Positions 51,511 through 60,000 of a stretch of 64,000 nt of DNA are shown here, piece after piece. The DNA lies in contig JACPJV010000006.1 in the NCBI GenBank assembly GCA_016187395.1, positions 62,345-126,344 of the forward strand. The letters run 5' to 3'. Every line of letters begins with the position of its first letter. Position 1 is the first letter of the stretch. The translations under genes were made by a program, and so were the position numbers. The notes beneath the pieces are model-generated. The model was not told where the DNA came from. It saw only the letters and a program-made list of their open reading frames with translations, and did not search any database. Source of the DNA: Candidatus Aenigmatarchaeota archaeon (GTDB lineage Archaea > Aenigmatarchaeota > Aenigmatarchaeia > GW2011-AR5 > JACRAC01).

Positions 51511-51609
51511 TATAGTCATGCAAGGAATAAATCAGGATATAATACTTCCTTGCTGACTATATGTGAACCAAATAGTATCATATCCTGATTATTTATTTGG
51601 TTCACTATA
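51511..51609. repeat. Dispersed inverted-repeat element (insert-free copy)
   Basis: TATAGTCATGCAAGGAA/TTCCTTGCTGACTATA and GTGAACCAAATA/TATTTGGTTCAC hairpins; homologous to 9476-9626. Confidence 0.75.
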
Positions 51610-51625
51610 AGTACATATGACGATG

Positions 51626-52444
51626 CTAAGAAGCGCCTTCATCGTTTCTTGCTATAGGATGATACCGTGCATCGCGCTTCTTCATCTTTTCTGTGGCAAT
51701 TCTGAAGAAATCCCCGTATGCCATTATGGGATCATTAAACTCGCCAAGCAAAAACATTGCGTTCACAATGCAGTTTCCAAGGGCAACCAAAACTCTATAT
51801 TGTGGAAAACTCATGAATTCTCTTTCAGAATAATCAAATTTCAGATGATCGTCGATTGCATCAAGTTCTTCTTCAATGTTATGATCTGTCCTCGTAAGAA
51901 GCAGGAACCTTCTTGCATGCGTCCTGGTAGGATCGTGTCCCTTCGTTTTTTCTCTATGCGTCTGGTTAATAGCTTCTATTTCCCTCAGCCATGTTGCAAA
52001 AAGTTTCTTCTGGTCATGTGATCTTGATGGGTCATGGATAAATACAGGCCGGGTCCTGTATTCAAGGGACCTGTAATAGATGCTAAGAAGCATTATTTCG
52101 AGGGGTATACGACCGTCAAAGATATCCGAGTCATCCTCTACAAATTGCGGGCACATAATAAGCGCCATATTTGCAAAATCCCCTATTTCAGTGATGGCTT
52201 CTTCCGCGTAACGCTGAAGATGTTCTCTCCTTATTACGCGGAAATACCTGTTCAGAGCTCTTTTGGCTTCTAAATATTCTGATGCCATCTTGTCTTTAAG
52301 CTCGTTTGCTGTATACCTATCTCTCGCTCTCACTCCCTGATCATAAGCAGTTCTCTCCCATTCAGAAAACAGCGGATAAAGCCTGTCTACAGCAGGATCA
52401 TCAAGTATCCTGAGAACTCTTCTTCTTAGCTGTCGCTGTTCCAT
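51626..52444 (-). CDS. Hypothetical protein with possible MazG-like helical motifs
   Basis: KMASEYLEA...EIGDFANMALI and a second EEELDAI...GNCIVNAMFL repeat. Confidence 0.45.
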   Translation of the reverse strand: MEQRQLRRRVLRILDDPAVDRLYPLFSEWERTAYDQGVRARDRYTANELKDKMASEYLEAKRALNRYFRVIRREHLQRYAEEAITEIGDFANMALIMCPQFVEDDSDIFDGRIPLEIMLLSIYYRSLEYRTRPVFIHDPSRSHDQKKLFATWLREIEAINQTHREKTKGHDPTRTHARRFLLLTRTDHNIEEELDAIDDHLKFDYSEREFMSFPQYRVLVALGNCIVNAMFLLGEFNDPIMAYGDFFRIATEKMKKRDARYHPIARNDEGAS

Positions 52445-52531
52445 TATCCATCTTTCAGAAGAAAATTATTAAACCCTTTGAATGCTCTTGCTCCAAGAAA
52501 GGCATTTAAGTGCAGCAAGCATAAACTGGTT

Positions 52532-52810
52532 ATGATAGAAGAAATAGTAAAGAACCCTGAAATCAGCGGAGGCCGCGCCATAATAAAAGACACGAGAATC
52601 TGCGTCATGGATGTGGTTGAAGCGCATTATGTTTTAGGTTACGCTCCAGAAAAGATAGCTAAAGAATTTGGCACAGGCGTTTCCAAAGTTTTTTCAGCTC
52701 TGGCTTATTACCATGAACACCGAGAGGAGATAGAGAAGGACATAAGAGAGAACAAGAAGATTCTGCTAGAGAAACTTCATTCAAGCAAACTTCTAGAAAT
52801 AACAAGGTAG
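52532..52810 (+). CDS. DUF433 antitoxin
   Basis: NPEISGGRAIIKDTRICV...SALAYY. Confidence 0.88.
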   Translation: MIEEIVKNPEISGGRAIIKDTRICVMDVVEAHYVLGYAPEKIAKEFGTGVSKVFSALAYYHEHREEIEKDIRENKKILLEKLHSSKLLEITR

Positions 52811-52815
52811 ATATA

Positions 52816-53142
52816 GTGAAAACAAAATTCCTTGCCGATGAGCATATCTTTCTTTCATCTGTTGAGCATCTCAAAGTTCTCGGAGTCGACATCAGATCCG
52901 TTCAGGAGGCAGACCTGAGGGCCAAGAGTGACAGGGAAGTTCTGCAGGCAGCCGCTAGTGATGGCAGGGTCCTCGTGACCAACGATTCCGATTTTCTCAA
53001 TATAGCTGAGGAAATACAACATGCAGGAATAATTTTCCTGACGCGTCCAATGAACACAGGCGAGTTAATCAGAGAAATTCATAAGATTTCACTTATCTAC
53101 TCAGCCGAAGATCTGAAGAATGGAATTATCTATATGTCTTAA
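52816..53142 (+). CDS. DUF5615 PIN-like toxin
   Basis: KFLADEH, SDREVL, VLVTNDSDF. Confidence 0.88.
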   Translation: MKTKFLADEHIFLSSVEHLKVLGVDIRSVQEADLRAKSDREVLQAAASDGRVLVTNDSDFLNIAEEIQHAGIIFLTRPMNTGELIREIHKISLIYSAEDLKNGIIYMS

Positions 53143-54274
53143 CAAGAATCTGTTTCATCAGCCTGCTTTCTTTCCGGTAGCGCCACATCGGTAGCTGTAG
53201 CCTGTTTTCCAGGTAATTTAATGCGCTCTGCACATCCGCGAATTCTTTCGGCCGTGATTCCAAAGCGCGCCTCGCGCTCTCCCTCACCAGCCAGACGCCT
53301 GTAGGCACGTAGCCGGAATAACTCTCCCTGAACACAATCGCACCCGCCTGCCTCTGCATCTGCTGCAATTTTTCAGCCACAGCGAGGCGGCACGCATAGT
53401 AGCAGCCGCCTATCTGCGCGTAGTTCTTTCGGCCTTCATGCTTTTCATAATCAGAAAATAACATCTGTTCGTTGCCAAAAATGCCCAAAAACGCCTCAAG
53501 AAATTCATACTGCCATGTGGCAGGCGTGAGAAGAATTGCAAAATAGTTCTTGAAGCCGTAGAATTCATATAATTGGAATGCATCCAGAACGCTATTTTGT
53601 TTTATTTCCGCAATTAATCTTTTGCCAATCGTATCATCCACTGCCGTAATCGACCATCTGGTCGGCACAAGCCTGCGGCGCTTCGCCGTGCCAAATGCGC
53701 CCGTGCTGAACGCCTTCTGGATTGTACTAATCATCAAGCCTTTTTCATACAAATTGGTAACAGCATCCGCAGCCTTCAGATCCGTGTCGTAATGCATTTT
53801 TCCCAATTGCACATCCATTTTAGCATTTGTGAAATCCACTTCCTTTATCGGAGCGCTAGGCCCGAAAGGCTGCATTTCTTCATTGAAAAAAGTGCCGCGA
53901 GGTTTTTTTGTGAAAGATGCCTGCATTTCCACTGAGTTTTTCGCTAGCGCGACTTCACGCATCTGTTCCACAAAGGAATCCTGTACATCTGTGATTTCAG
54001 CAACATGCATGCCGCGAACCAGTTGCATGCGGAATGATATTACATCAGCAACGCTGCTGGCATTTTGCAGCCATGCCTCAGGAGTATCCATAGCAGCAGT
54101 ATCCCCGTGAATAGGCGGCAGCAATGGGCCTAAAAAAACCTTTGGATAACCGAACCTGCCTACAAAAATGGAAGGAGGCGAGGCGCCTTCTATATGCTCT
54201 CCAAACTCCTGTTTCGCATAGAATTTCGGCGTGAGCCTTTCCAGATAGCGCGCCTTGCCGCGGAACATGGCCAT
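53126..54274 (-). CDS. nreA: Nre-family archaeal DNA repair protein
   Basis: SPPSIFVGRFGYPKV, RRLVPTRWSITAVD, GGCYYACRL, GVWLVRE. Confidence 0.9.
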   Translation of the reverse strand: MAMFRGKARYLERLTPKFYAKQEFGEHIEGASPPSIFVGRFGYPKVFLGPLLPPIHGDTAAMDTPEAWLQNASSVADVISFRMQLVRGMHVAEITDVQDSFVEQMREVALAKNSVEMQASFTKKPRGTFFNEEMQPFGPSAPIKEVDFTNAKMDVQLGKMHYDTDLKAADAVTNLYEKGLMISTIQKAFSTGAFGTAKRRRLVPTRWSITAVDDTIGKRLIAEIKQNSVLDAFQLYEFYGFKNYFAILLTPATWQYEFLEAFLGIFGNEQMLFSDYEKHEGRKNYAQIGGCYYACRLAVAEKLQQMQRQAGAIVFRESYSGYVPTGVWLVRESARRALESRPKEFADVQSALNYLENRLQLPMWRYRKESRLMKQILVKTYR

Positions 54275-54383
54275 ACCCCAGAAGAAAGTGCTTTCTAAGA
54301 ATAAATAGAATTCGCTCATAGAAAATAGAGCATCAGAAAATAGTATTGCAATTCTTGCTTTCAAGTACAAAGATGAAATGCAA

Positions 54384-54500
54384 TTACTTTTTCAGTTTCT
54401 CCTTGACGAAGTCATCCCACTTTCTAACTCTGCCTTCCTTTATGGCTTTTTCACTTTCCTTTATCTGTTCCATGAGATCCTTATCGCTAAGAACCTCTAT
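54384..54500 (-). pseudogene. Antitoxin C-terminal fragment
   Basis: IEVLSDKDLMEQIKESEKAIKEGRVRKWDDF without a full N-terminus. Confidence 0.45.
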
Positions 54501-54518
54501 ATATAAATTTACTTCGAG

Positions 54519-55016
54519 CTATGCAAATATCATTCTGCCGCTTTCTAAGTCATAGTCAAACGGCGTGCGTGTTTCAAGGAAAAGAAAATTTAGATGCACA
54601 AAACCGCTTATGTGCACATTACCATCTTCCAGAAATCGCAGGAAATTCTGGGCTTCAACATCAGTCATAGGTATCTGCACAGTCCTTTCTATCCTCTGGC
54701 TAGGTTCCAATGAAAGGCTTTTGATGAGCGTAGATCCCGTCGAATTTGTGAAGGTAAGAACAACGTCAAAATTTTGTACCGTGATCCTTCTCTCTGTTGG
54801 ATTCTGGGCAGAGTATTCCACAGAGATAAAAACCTCATCCTCTCCGCTGTTTGATAGCCTCCATTTTCCAAAGCCGAACTCAGCAGAAGCAAAGTCGCTT
54901 TTCTGCGAATTATATTGGTTGTATCCGTAGATAATTCCTGCAACCAATATGATTACAATAAAAGCAACAAGTGCCTTGTCGAAGCTTTTCATAAACATGC
55001 CTCTTGCAGAAATCAT
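54519..55016 (-). CDS. Membrane-anchored LEA-2-like protein
   Basis: N-terminal [12 protein letters not shown] beta-sandwich pattern; start possibly near 54992. Confidence 0.5.
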   Translation of the reverse strand: MISARGMFMKSFDKALVAFIVIILVAGIIYGYNQYNSQKSDFASAEFGFGKWRLSNSGEDEVFISVEYSAQNPTERRITVQNFDVVLTFTNSTGSTLIKSLSLEPSQRIERTVQIPMTDVEAQNFLRFLEDGNVHISGFVHLNFLFLETRTPFDYDLESGRMIFA

Positions 55017-55246
55017 ATCTTCTTTGCGTGGACAGTTTTCACCTTCTTATGACCAGGAGTCAAGAACTTTCTTTTACTTCTGTTAACAGGCTTCCATTTC
55101 CATGCGTGTTTATACATGCGCGCGCTTTTGCCAAAGCCGCACGCGCTGCACTTCTTGTGCTGGATATGGTAAGAATGCCTTCCGCACCTCCGGCAGCGTA
55201 TATGGCTTATTTTATTATGCCTTCCGAAGCTTGGGGTGCCTTTCAT
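55013..55246 (-). CDS. rpl37e: 50S ribosomal protein L37e
   Basis: [39 protein letters not shown]. Confidence 0.95.
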   Translation of the reverse strand: MKGTPSFGRHNKISHIRCRRCGRHSYHIQHKKCSACGFGKSARMYKHAWKWKPVNRSKRKFLTPGHKKVKTVHAKKI

Positions 55247-55295
55247 GAAAATCACCTTCAGACTCTAAGATTTCATATTCAAAGGTTTTTATAGG

Positions 55296-55597
55296 CGGAA
55301 GCCTCCACATAAAACCTCCGCTTTTAATGCAAACCAACTTAATAAACGGCATATGATATGTTGGTTTGCAGTATGCTGAACAACTAAACCATATGGCGAT
55401 TATTTAGTTGTTCAAGCATAAGCGGAGGATACAAGGAGGAACAACGTTCCTCCTGTACAGCAGGAGCTATGCTCCTGCTTGTATGCTACAGAAGGCTTCC
55501 GACATGCTTTGCAAGCATGAATCGAAGATTCATGCTGCACCGCAAGAGCTTCGCTCTTGCTTGTGCTCAAAGAAACCCACGCCTTTAGGCATGGGAG
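55296..55597. mobile_element. IS200/IS605-like remnant with nested palindromes
   Basis: CGGAAGCCTCC, GAAGGCTTCCGA.ATGCTTTGC and GAAACCCACGCCTTTAGGCATGGG shared with 6908-7008; double palindrome at 55430-55483. Confidence 0.6.
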
Positions 55598-55734
55598 TAT
55601 ACGGAGCAAATCATATGGATATGCAAAAGGAAGGCGCAACAGAAGCGCATCGCGAAAGAAGCGCGAAAACAGCAGCTGCTTCAAAGGCTTATAACATTTA
55701 TAAACTTTTCGGTGATAACAATTTAGTGACAGTT

Positions 55735-56578
55735 ATGACAACAGCTACTTTGCCTGAACTGACCGGGAATCTTGTCGTGCCAGCTGCCGCAGGCAGCTAT
55801 CCTGCATTGGGCGCAGCCTACAGGCACGAAGGTTCTTCCATCGATTACTCACCATGGCTTGTAAGAACAGGCAAAAACTATTATGGCTCCAAAGCAGAAA
55901 TCCCGGAAGGCATAAGGATGTCCACGGCAGCTGAAGAGCTTGCTCTGCAGCTTGCCCTGGAGAAAGCAGGCAACGACCCAAGAAATGCAGAAGTTTTCAA
56001 CGACCTTTTCGCCAGAAATGAAGAGAAATATTACGCATGGCAATGGACAGAAACAGGGCTCCGCGTGCCAAAGGGCCGCAAGCCTGATGCTTATGAAACT
56101 GATGCGCAGGGCAGAAAATACTGGCAGCGAATATTGCTTATTGGCGACCAGGAAATAGGCGACTTCCCTGTTCCAGAAGGCAATGGAATGGTAATTGTCG
56201 AATGGGACGAGGTTTCCGGACTGCCCAGAGTAACAGAGCAAATAGCTTATCCTCACGAGCCATACACAACACATTTCTGGTTTAATCCTAATCCTGATAA
56301 AGACAAATTATCAGGTCACTACGACGTTGCCATCGGGCGCAGGGGCGCCTGGCCTCACGGTGTGGACGCCAGGTGCCTGAGCGTCGATGCGTCCTACGGG
56401 CGCTGGGATGCGGATTCCGACGGCGGGCTTCCGCCCTGTTCGGGGGTCGCTTCCGCAGATTGAGAAAGAGCTTGCAAGAATAAATCCAAAGGAAGTTGAG
56501 GAAGCGCTCCTGCAAAGAATGAGAAAGGATTTCAGAGAAACGCCTTTTCCGGAATTTCTGGCGAAGTATAAATTATAA
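55735..56578 (+). CDS. DGR target protein (CLec/FGE-like fold); +1 frameshift in VR near 56425-56427, stops at 56463 as sequenced
   Basis: AWQWT motif; contains VR; removing one G restores ...DGGFRPVRG..., the CLec GFR motif also present in TR. Confidence 0.85.
56326..56435 (+). repeat. DGR variable repeat (VR)
   Basis: Aligns to the four TR segments over 109 nt with 13 substitutions, all at TR adenines, plus one extra G. Confidence 0.95.
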
Positions 56579-56603
56579 ATACTGAAGTTTGTTCTAATTT
56601 ATT

Positions 56604-57064
56604 GTCTTGGCCAACGCCGGTTGCATATCAAAAGATTGGCGCCAAAAAAGCCTGTCCCAAAGCACCAGTCGCATGTGCATCGGCGACCCCGAACTACATG
56701 CCTGTTCGTAGATGAAGCTGTGTTTTGGCATAGCTTATGACATGAAATACAGCAGCGATAGCTGGTAAAGGCAGAAGTTGATTTTGCCTCGAACGCTAAA
56801 GCTGCAGTGGGGCAGGCATTTGCTGCCTTTGGCGGGCAGGCTACAAGTTGCCATCGGGCGCAGGAGCAACTGGCATCACGGTGAGGATAGCAATTGGGTT
56901 TCAATTGCCAGCATATACGCCAGGTGCCTGAACGTCAATCTGCTGAAGGTTCTCGATTTTCAGCAGAGCGCAGATGCGAACTACGGGCGCTGGAATGCGA
57001 AATCGTTTCAAAACGACGCAAATTCCAACGACGGCTTCCGCCAATAGTTCTGGCTGGCCAAGAC
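56604..57064 (+). ncRNA. Putative structured DGR template RNA
   Basis: Terminal complementarity GTCTTGGCCA (56604)/TGGCCAAGAC (57055), ATTGGCG/CGCCAAT and several internal hairpins. Confidence 0.65.
56847..57042 (+). repeat. DGR template repeat (TR) interrupted by three intron-like inserts (56887-56916, 56938-56973, 57002-57022)
   Basis: AAC/AAT-rich; joined segments read VAIGRRSNWHHGEDARCLNVNANYGRWNANSNDGFR, colinear with VR. Confidence 0.93.
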
Positions 57065-57069
57065 TCATA

Positions 57070-58131
57070 ATGAAATCTTACAGCAATCTGTATGGTCAGC
57101 TATGCTCTATGGAGAATCTGAAGCTGGCGTACAAAAAGGCGCGGAAAAGCAAAGTCTCCAGGTGGTATGTTAAGGAATTTGAAACGGATTTAAGCCGGAA
57201 TCTGTTGCAGTTGCAAAAAGAATTGCAGGAGATGAGCTATGAGCCAAGACCGCTAACACAATTTGTAATCAAAGACCCGAAAACGCGGATAATCTCCGCC
57301 TCCAATTTCCGCGACAGAGTTGTTCATCACGCTTTATGCAACATTATAGAACCAATTTTCGATAAAATATTCATATACGATTCTTATGCCAACAGAAAAG
57401 GCAAAGGCACGCACGCAGCGTTGAAGAGATTTGATTGTTTCAGGCGAAAGGTTTCTCAGAATGGCAGATTATTGCCAAACGCCAGAGACAACAACCAAGT
57501 TTTTGGTTATGCATTGAAGGCAGACGTAAAGCACTATTTCGATTCAGTGGACCACGAGGTAATGATGCAGATAATAAGAAGGAAAATCAAGGATGAGAGC
57601 GTCCTCTGGCTGATAAGGAAAATTCTGGATAATCACAATTGCAAAACACCGGGCAAAGGCATGCCCATAGGCAATTTGACAAGCCAGTTCTTTGCAAACG
57701 TGTATCTGAATGAACTGGATTATTTTGTAAAGCATCATCTCAATGCCAAATACTATGTTCGTTACGTTGACGATTTTGTCATACTGGATGCCCCAAAGCA
57801 GCGCCTTGAATTCTATAATGCACAAATAAAGGAATTCCTAAAATCAATAAAGCTTGAACTTCACCCGGAAAAATCCAAGGTTATGCCGCTGCATGCCGGA
57901 GTCAAGCTCCTTGGATTCAGGGTTTTCTACAGATACAAACTGCCAAAGAAAAGCAATCTGAGAAGAATAACGAACAGAATAAACGGTTTTATTGATTTGT
58001 ACAGAGAGGGCATTATGGACAAGGCAGAAATTCTTGAACGAGTGGAGGGATGGAATGCCTATGCGATTCATGCAAATACCTATAAGCTAAGAAAGCAGAT
58101 GATGAAAAATTTACGAAAATCTTTGCGATAG
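57070..58131 (+). CDS. DGR reverse transcriptase
   Basis: FRDRVVHHAL, KADVKHYFDSVDH, GMPIGNLTSQFFANVYLNELD, YVRYVDDF; adjacent TR/VR pair. Confidence 0.95.
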   Translation: MKSYSNLYGQLCSMENLKLAYKKARKSKVSRWYVKEFETDLSRNLLQLQKELQEMSYEPRPLTQFVIKDPKTRIISASNFRDRVVHHALCNIIEPIFDKIFIYDSYANRKGKGTHAALKRFDCFRRKVSQNGRLLPNARDNNQVFGYALKADVKHYFDSVDHEVMMQIIRRKIKDESVLWLIRKILDNHNCKTPGKGMPIGNLTSQFFANVYLNELDYFVKHHLNAKYYVRYVDDFVILDAPKQRLEFYNAQIKEFLKSIKLELHPEKSKVMPLHAGVKLLGFRVFYRYKLPKKSNLRRITNRINGFIDLYREGIMDKAEILERVEGWNAYAIHANTYKLRKQMMKNLRKSLR

Positions 58132-58189
58132 TTCTCGTCATCTCATTTTCTTACTCTCCCTTCTCGCCCTTTCTCTGGCGAGAATGCAA

Positions 58190-58468
58190 CTACGCAAGGC
58201 GCTTTTCAATATATTCATCTATTTCCTTTTTCTTGCGCGAGTTGAGGGAAAGCTCAAGCCCGTAGTGCGTAGGCTTCGTAATTACCCATTCGAGTCTGGA
58301 AAGCTCGCTTATCACGTCTTTGAGCACAGACGTGTCGCGTTCATGAGGAGGCAAGCCGCCAACCAGATGGTTGATATTCATGTGTTTATGAGTCCAGCAC
58401 GCGCGGTCATACATTCTTTTTAAGACAGGAAGCTTCATTTTCTCATGCAGGCTTGCCATGCAGACCAA
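58190..58468 (-). CDS. Small hypothetical protein (putative toxin-like partner of divergent HTH)
   Basis: Basic 85-92 aa ORF divergent from the wHTH gene. Confidence 0.5.
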   Translation of the reverse strand: MVCMASLHEKMKLPVLKRMYDRACWTHKHMNINHLVGGLPPHERDTSVLKDVISELSRLEWVITKPTHYGLELSLNSRKKKEIDEYIEKRLA

Positions 58469-58528
58469 CTACAAATATATAACTACAAATCGTTAATTCA
58501 AATTAATGAATTGTAGTCTTTAAATAGT

Positions 58529-58891
58529 TTGCATGACAATGGAAAAATGATAGGCATGAAAGACAGCATCTTTGTGAACTATTTTGGCGACAGCCCCCTT
58601 GTGCGTATCCTGAACTTCCTTATCATAAGCAAGGATTTCGACTATTCCATGACTGACATAGCCAAAGGAGCGGGAGTTGGTTGGACCTCTTTCACGCGTG
58701 CATGGAAAATACTCGAGAAGAAAAACGCAATCGTGCAGACTCGTACAATAGGGCGTGCAAAATTGTACAAATTAAACACGGCTGACCCTACCGTGCAAAA
58801 GCTTGTAAAATTGCACTGGGAGATTATAAAGTCCGAGACAGACAAGATTTTTGGGAAGAAGCTTCCGGTAATGGTGCCGGGTAGGGTGTAG
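58529..58891 (+). CDS. Winged-helix HTH regulator/antitoxin
   Basis: YSMTDIAKGAGVGWTS...TRTIGRAKLYKLN. Confidence 0.75.
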   Translation: MHDNGKMIGMKDSIFVNYFGDSPLVRILNFLIISKDFDYSMTDIAKGAGVGWTSFTRAWKILEKKNAIVQTRTIGRAKLYKLNTADPTVQKLVKLHWEIIKSETDKIFGKKLPVMVPGRV

Positions 58892-58911
58892 AAAAAATTG
58901 GTTCGGAAATT

Positions 58912-58983
58912 TCACTCCCCCTTCTCAGGCGAGACGTAAGAATGTTATCCCCCGCGCATGAGCAGCATGCCTAATTTAATTGT
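58912..58983 (-). pseudogene. Degenerate duplicate of the Sm gene 3' end
   Basis: Reads TIKLGMLLMRG.DNI..YVSPEKGE* with two compensating 1-nt indels versus TIKLGTLLVRGDNILYVSPEKGEKG. Confidence 0.75.
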
Positions 58984-59005
58984 TTAAAAAGCCAACGAGA
59001 AGTTC

Positions 59006-59449
59006 TCATCTTTTCCCGAAAGGGTCCACGGCATGTATCCACGGGACTTTGATGTCCTTTACGTTTTCCGTGTATAGATTCAGAACGCCATTTTGCTTCA
59101 TCGTCGCAGCCAGAAGCGAATCCCAGTAAGGCATGTTGTATTCATCTGAGATTCTTGCCGCCTCAACAACCGTCTTATGGCTGAAGTCTATCTTCACCCA
59201 TCCGGAAAAATCGACAATGTCGCTAATGAAGTTCAGGGCTTCTTTTTTGGTCAGAAGTTTTTTTGTCGTGGTCACTGAAAAGAACTCTGAGAGATTCTGT
59301 GATGATACAGCAAATATTTCATCACGGGAAAAGCACCTGTCAATGAGCCTCTTTGCTATTGCATGCTTTACGGAGTCTGCAGCGTCGTGGTAGTAAACCA
59401 CAATATTTGTGTCAATTAGAAATAGCTCACCCTCTGTCATAGAGTTCAT
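59006..59449 (-). CDS. vapC: VapC PIN toxin
   Basis: IDTNIVVY, QNLSEF, YWDSLL, YTEN. Confidence 0.88.
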   Translation of the reverse strand: MNSMTEGELFLIDTNIVVYYHDAADSVKHAIAKRLIDRCFSRDEIFAVSSQNLSEFFSVTTTKKLLTKKEALNFISDIVDFSGWVKIDFSHKTVVEAARISDEYNMPYWDSLLAATMKQNGVLNLYTENVKDIKVPWIHAVDPFGKR

Positions 59450-59678
59450 CCCTTTTGAACTTCCAGTTTTTCGGCAGTTTGTACAGGCCTTTTTCGCTTA
59501 GTTTCATCTGTCTTTCTGCTATCTCCTTCTGCTTCTTCTCTTCAGCCCATTTTTCCATGGCCTCTGTGATAGCTCTGCCTAAATCGCCCTTCCTTCCGCC
59601 CTGCTCTTTGACAATTTCCCTGAATTCCTTTTCCACCCTGTCTTCCACTGTTATGGTTATAGTACCCATACGAATCAC
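59427..59678 (-). CDS. Ribbon-helix-helix antitoxin (VapB-like)
   Basis: GTITITVEDRVEKEFRE...AITEAM; ends FKRDELYDR. Confidence 0.8.
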   Translation of the reverse strand: MIRMGTITITVEDRVEKEFREIVKEQGGRKGDLGRAITEAMEKWAEEKKQKEIAERQMKLSEKGLYKLPKNWKFKRDELYDRG

Positions 59679-59766
59679 AGATATACGTAGAAAATGAAAA
59701 TATTTAAAGGTTTCTAAGATGTAAGTTTTTTGGAGAGTTCGCTAACTTTACAGCTCGCAAATGTTT

Positions 59767-60000
59767 TTATCCTTTCTCCCCCTTTTCAGGCGAGACGTAG
59801 AGGATATTGTCCCCGCGAACAAGCAGAGTGCCCAGCTTTATCGTGGATCCGTCTTCATTTGTCTGTTCTGCGCTTTCAAGCCACATATTCAGATGCAGGT
59901 CCAGTGCCTGGAGGATTCCTGATATCTCGGCCCCTTTCTTCAGCTTTATGAGCACCCTCCTTCCCTTCGCGTTGTTCAGAACGTCTATTGGTCTCTCCAT
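59767..60000 (-). CDS. Sm-like (Lsm) protein
   Basis: RPIDVL...VLIKLK...GILQALDLHLNMWL...LVRGDNI. Confidence 0.93.
   Translation of the reverse strand: MERPIDVLNNAKGRRVLIKLKKGAEISGILQALDLHLNMWLESAEQTNEDGSTIKLGTLLVRGDNILYVSPEKGEKG

Noticed and set aside
55408..55734. N-terminal 109 codons of ORF 55408-56463
   Set aside because: Runs through the IS-like remnant and palindromes; a TATA-like TTTATAAA near 55698 favours a start at 55735
56884..56932. The single mismatch in the I1 and I2 helices falls on a TR adenine whose VR variant would pair better
   Set aside because: Only two observations; could be chance, so not reported as a finding
56778..57047. 89-aa ORF over TR as a real gene or Avd
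   Set aside because: It is the TR read in the VR frame, with a non-ATG start and no Avd-like helical bundle
57070..58131. RT as a group II intron or retron enzyme
   Set aside because: No maturase/endonuclease extension or domain V seen; the adenine-specific TR/VR pair identifies a DGR
58190..58468. Possible Avd accessory gene
   Set aside because: Opposite strand to the RT and no resemblance to the Avd four-helix bundle
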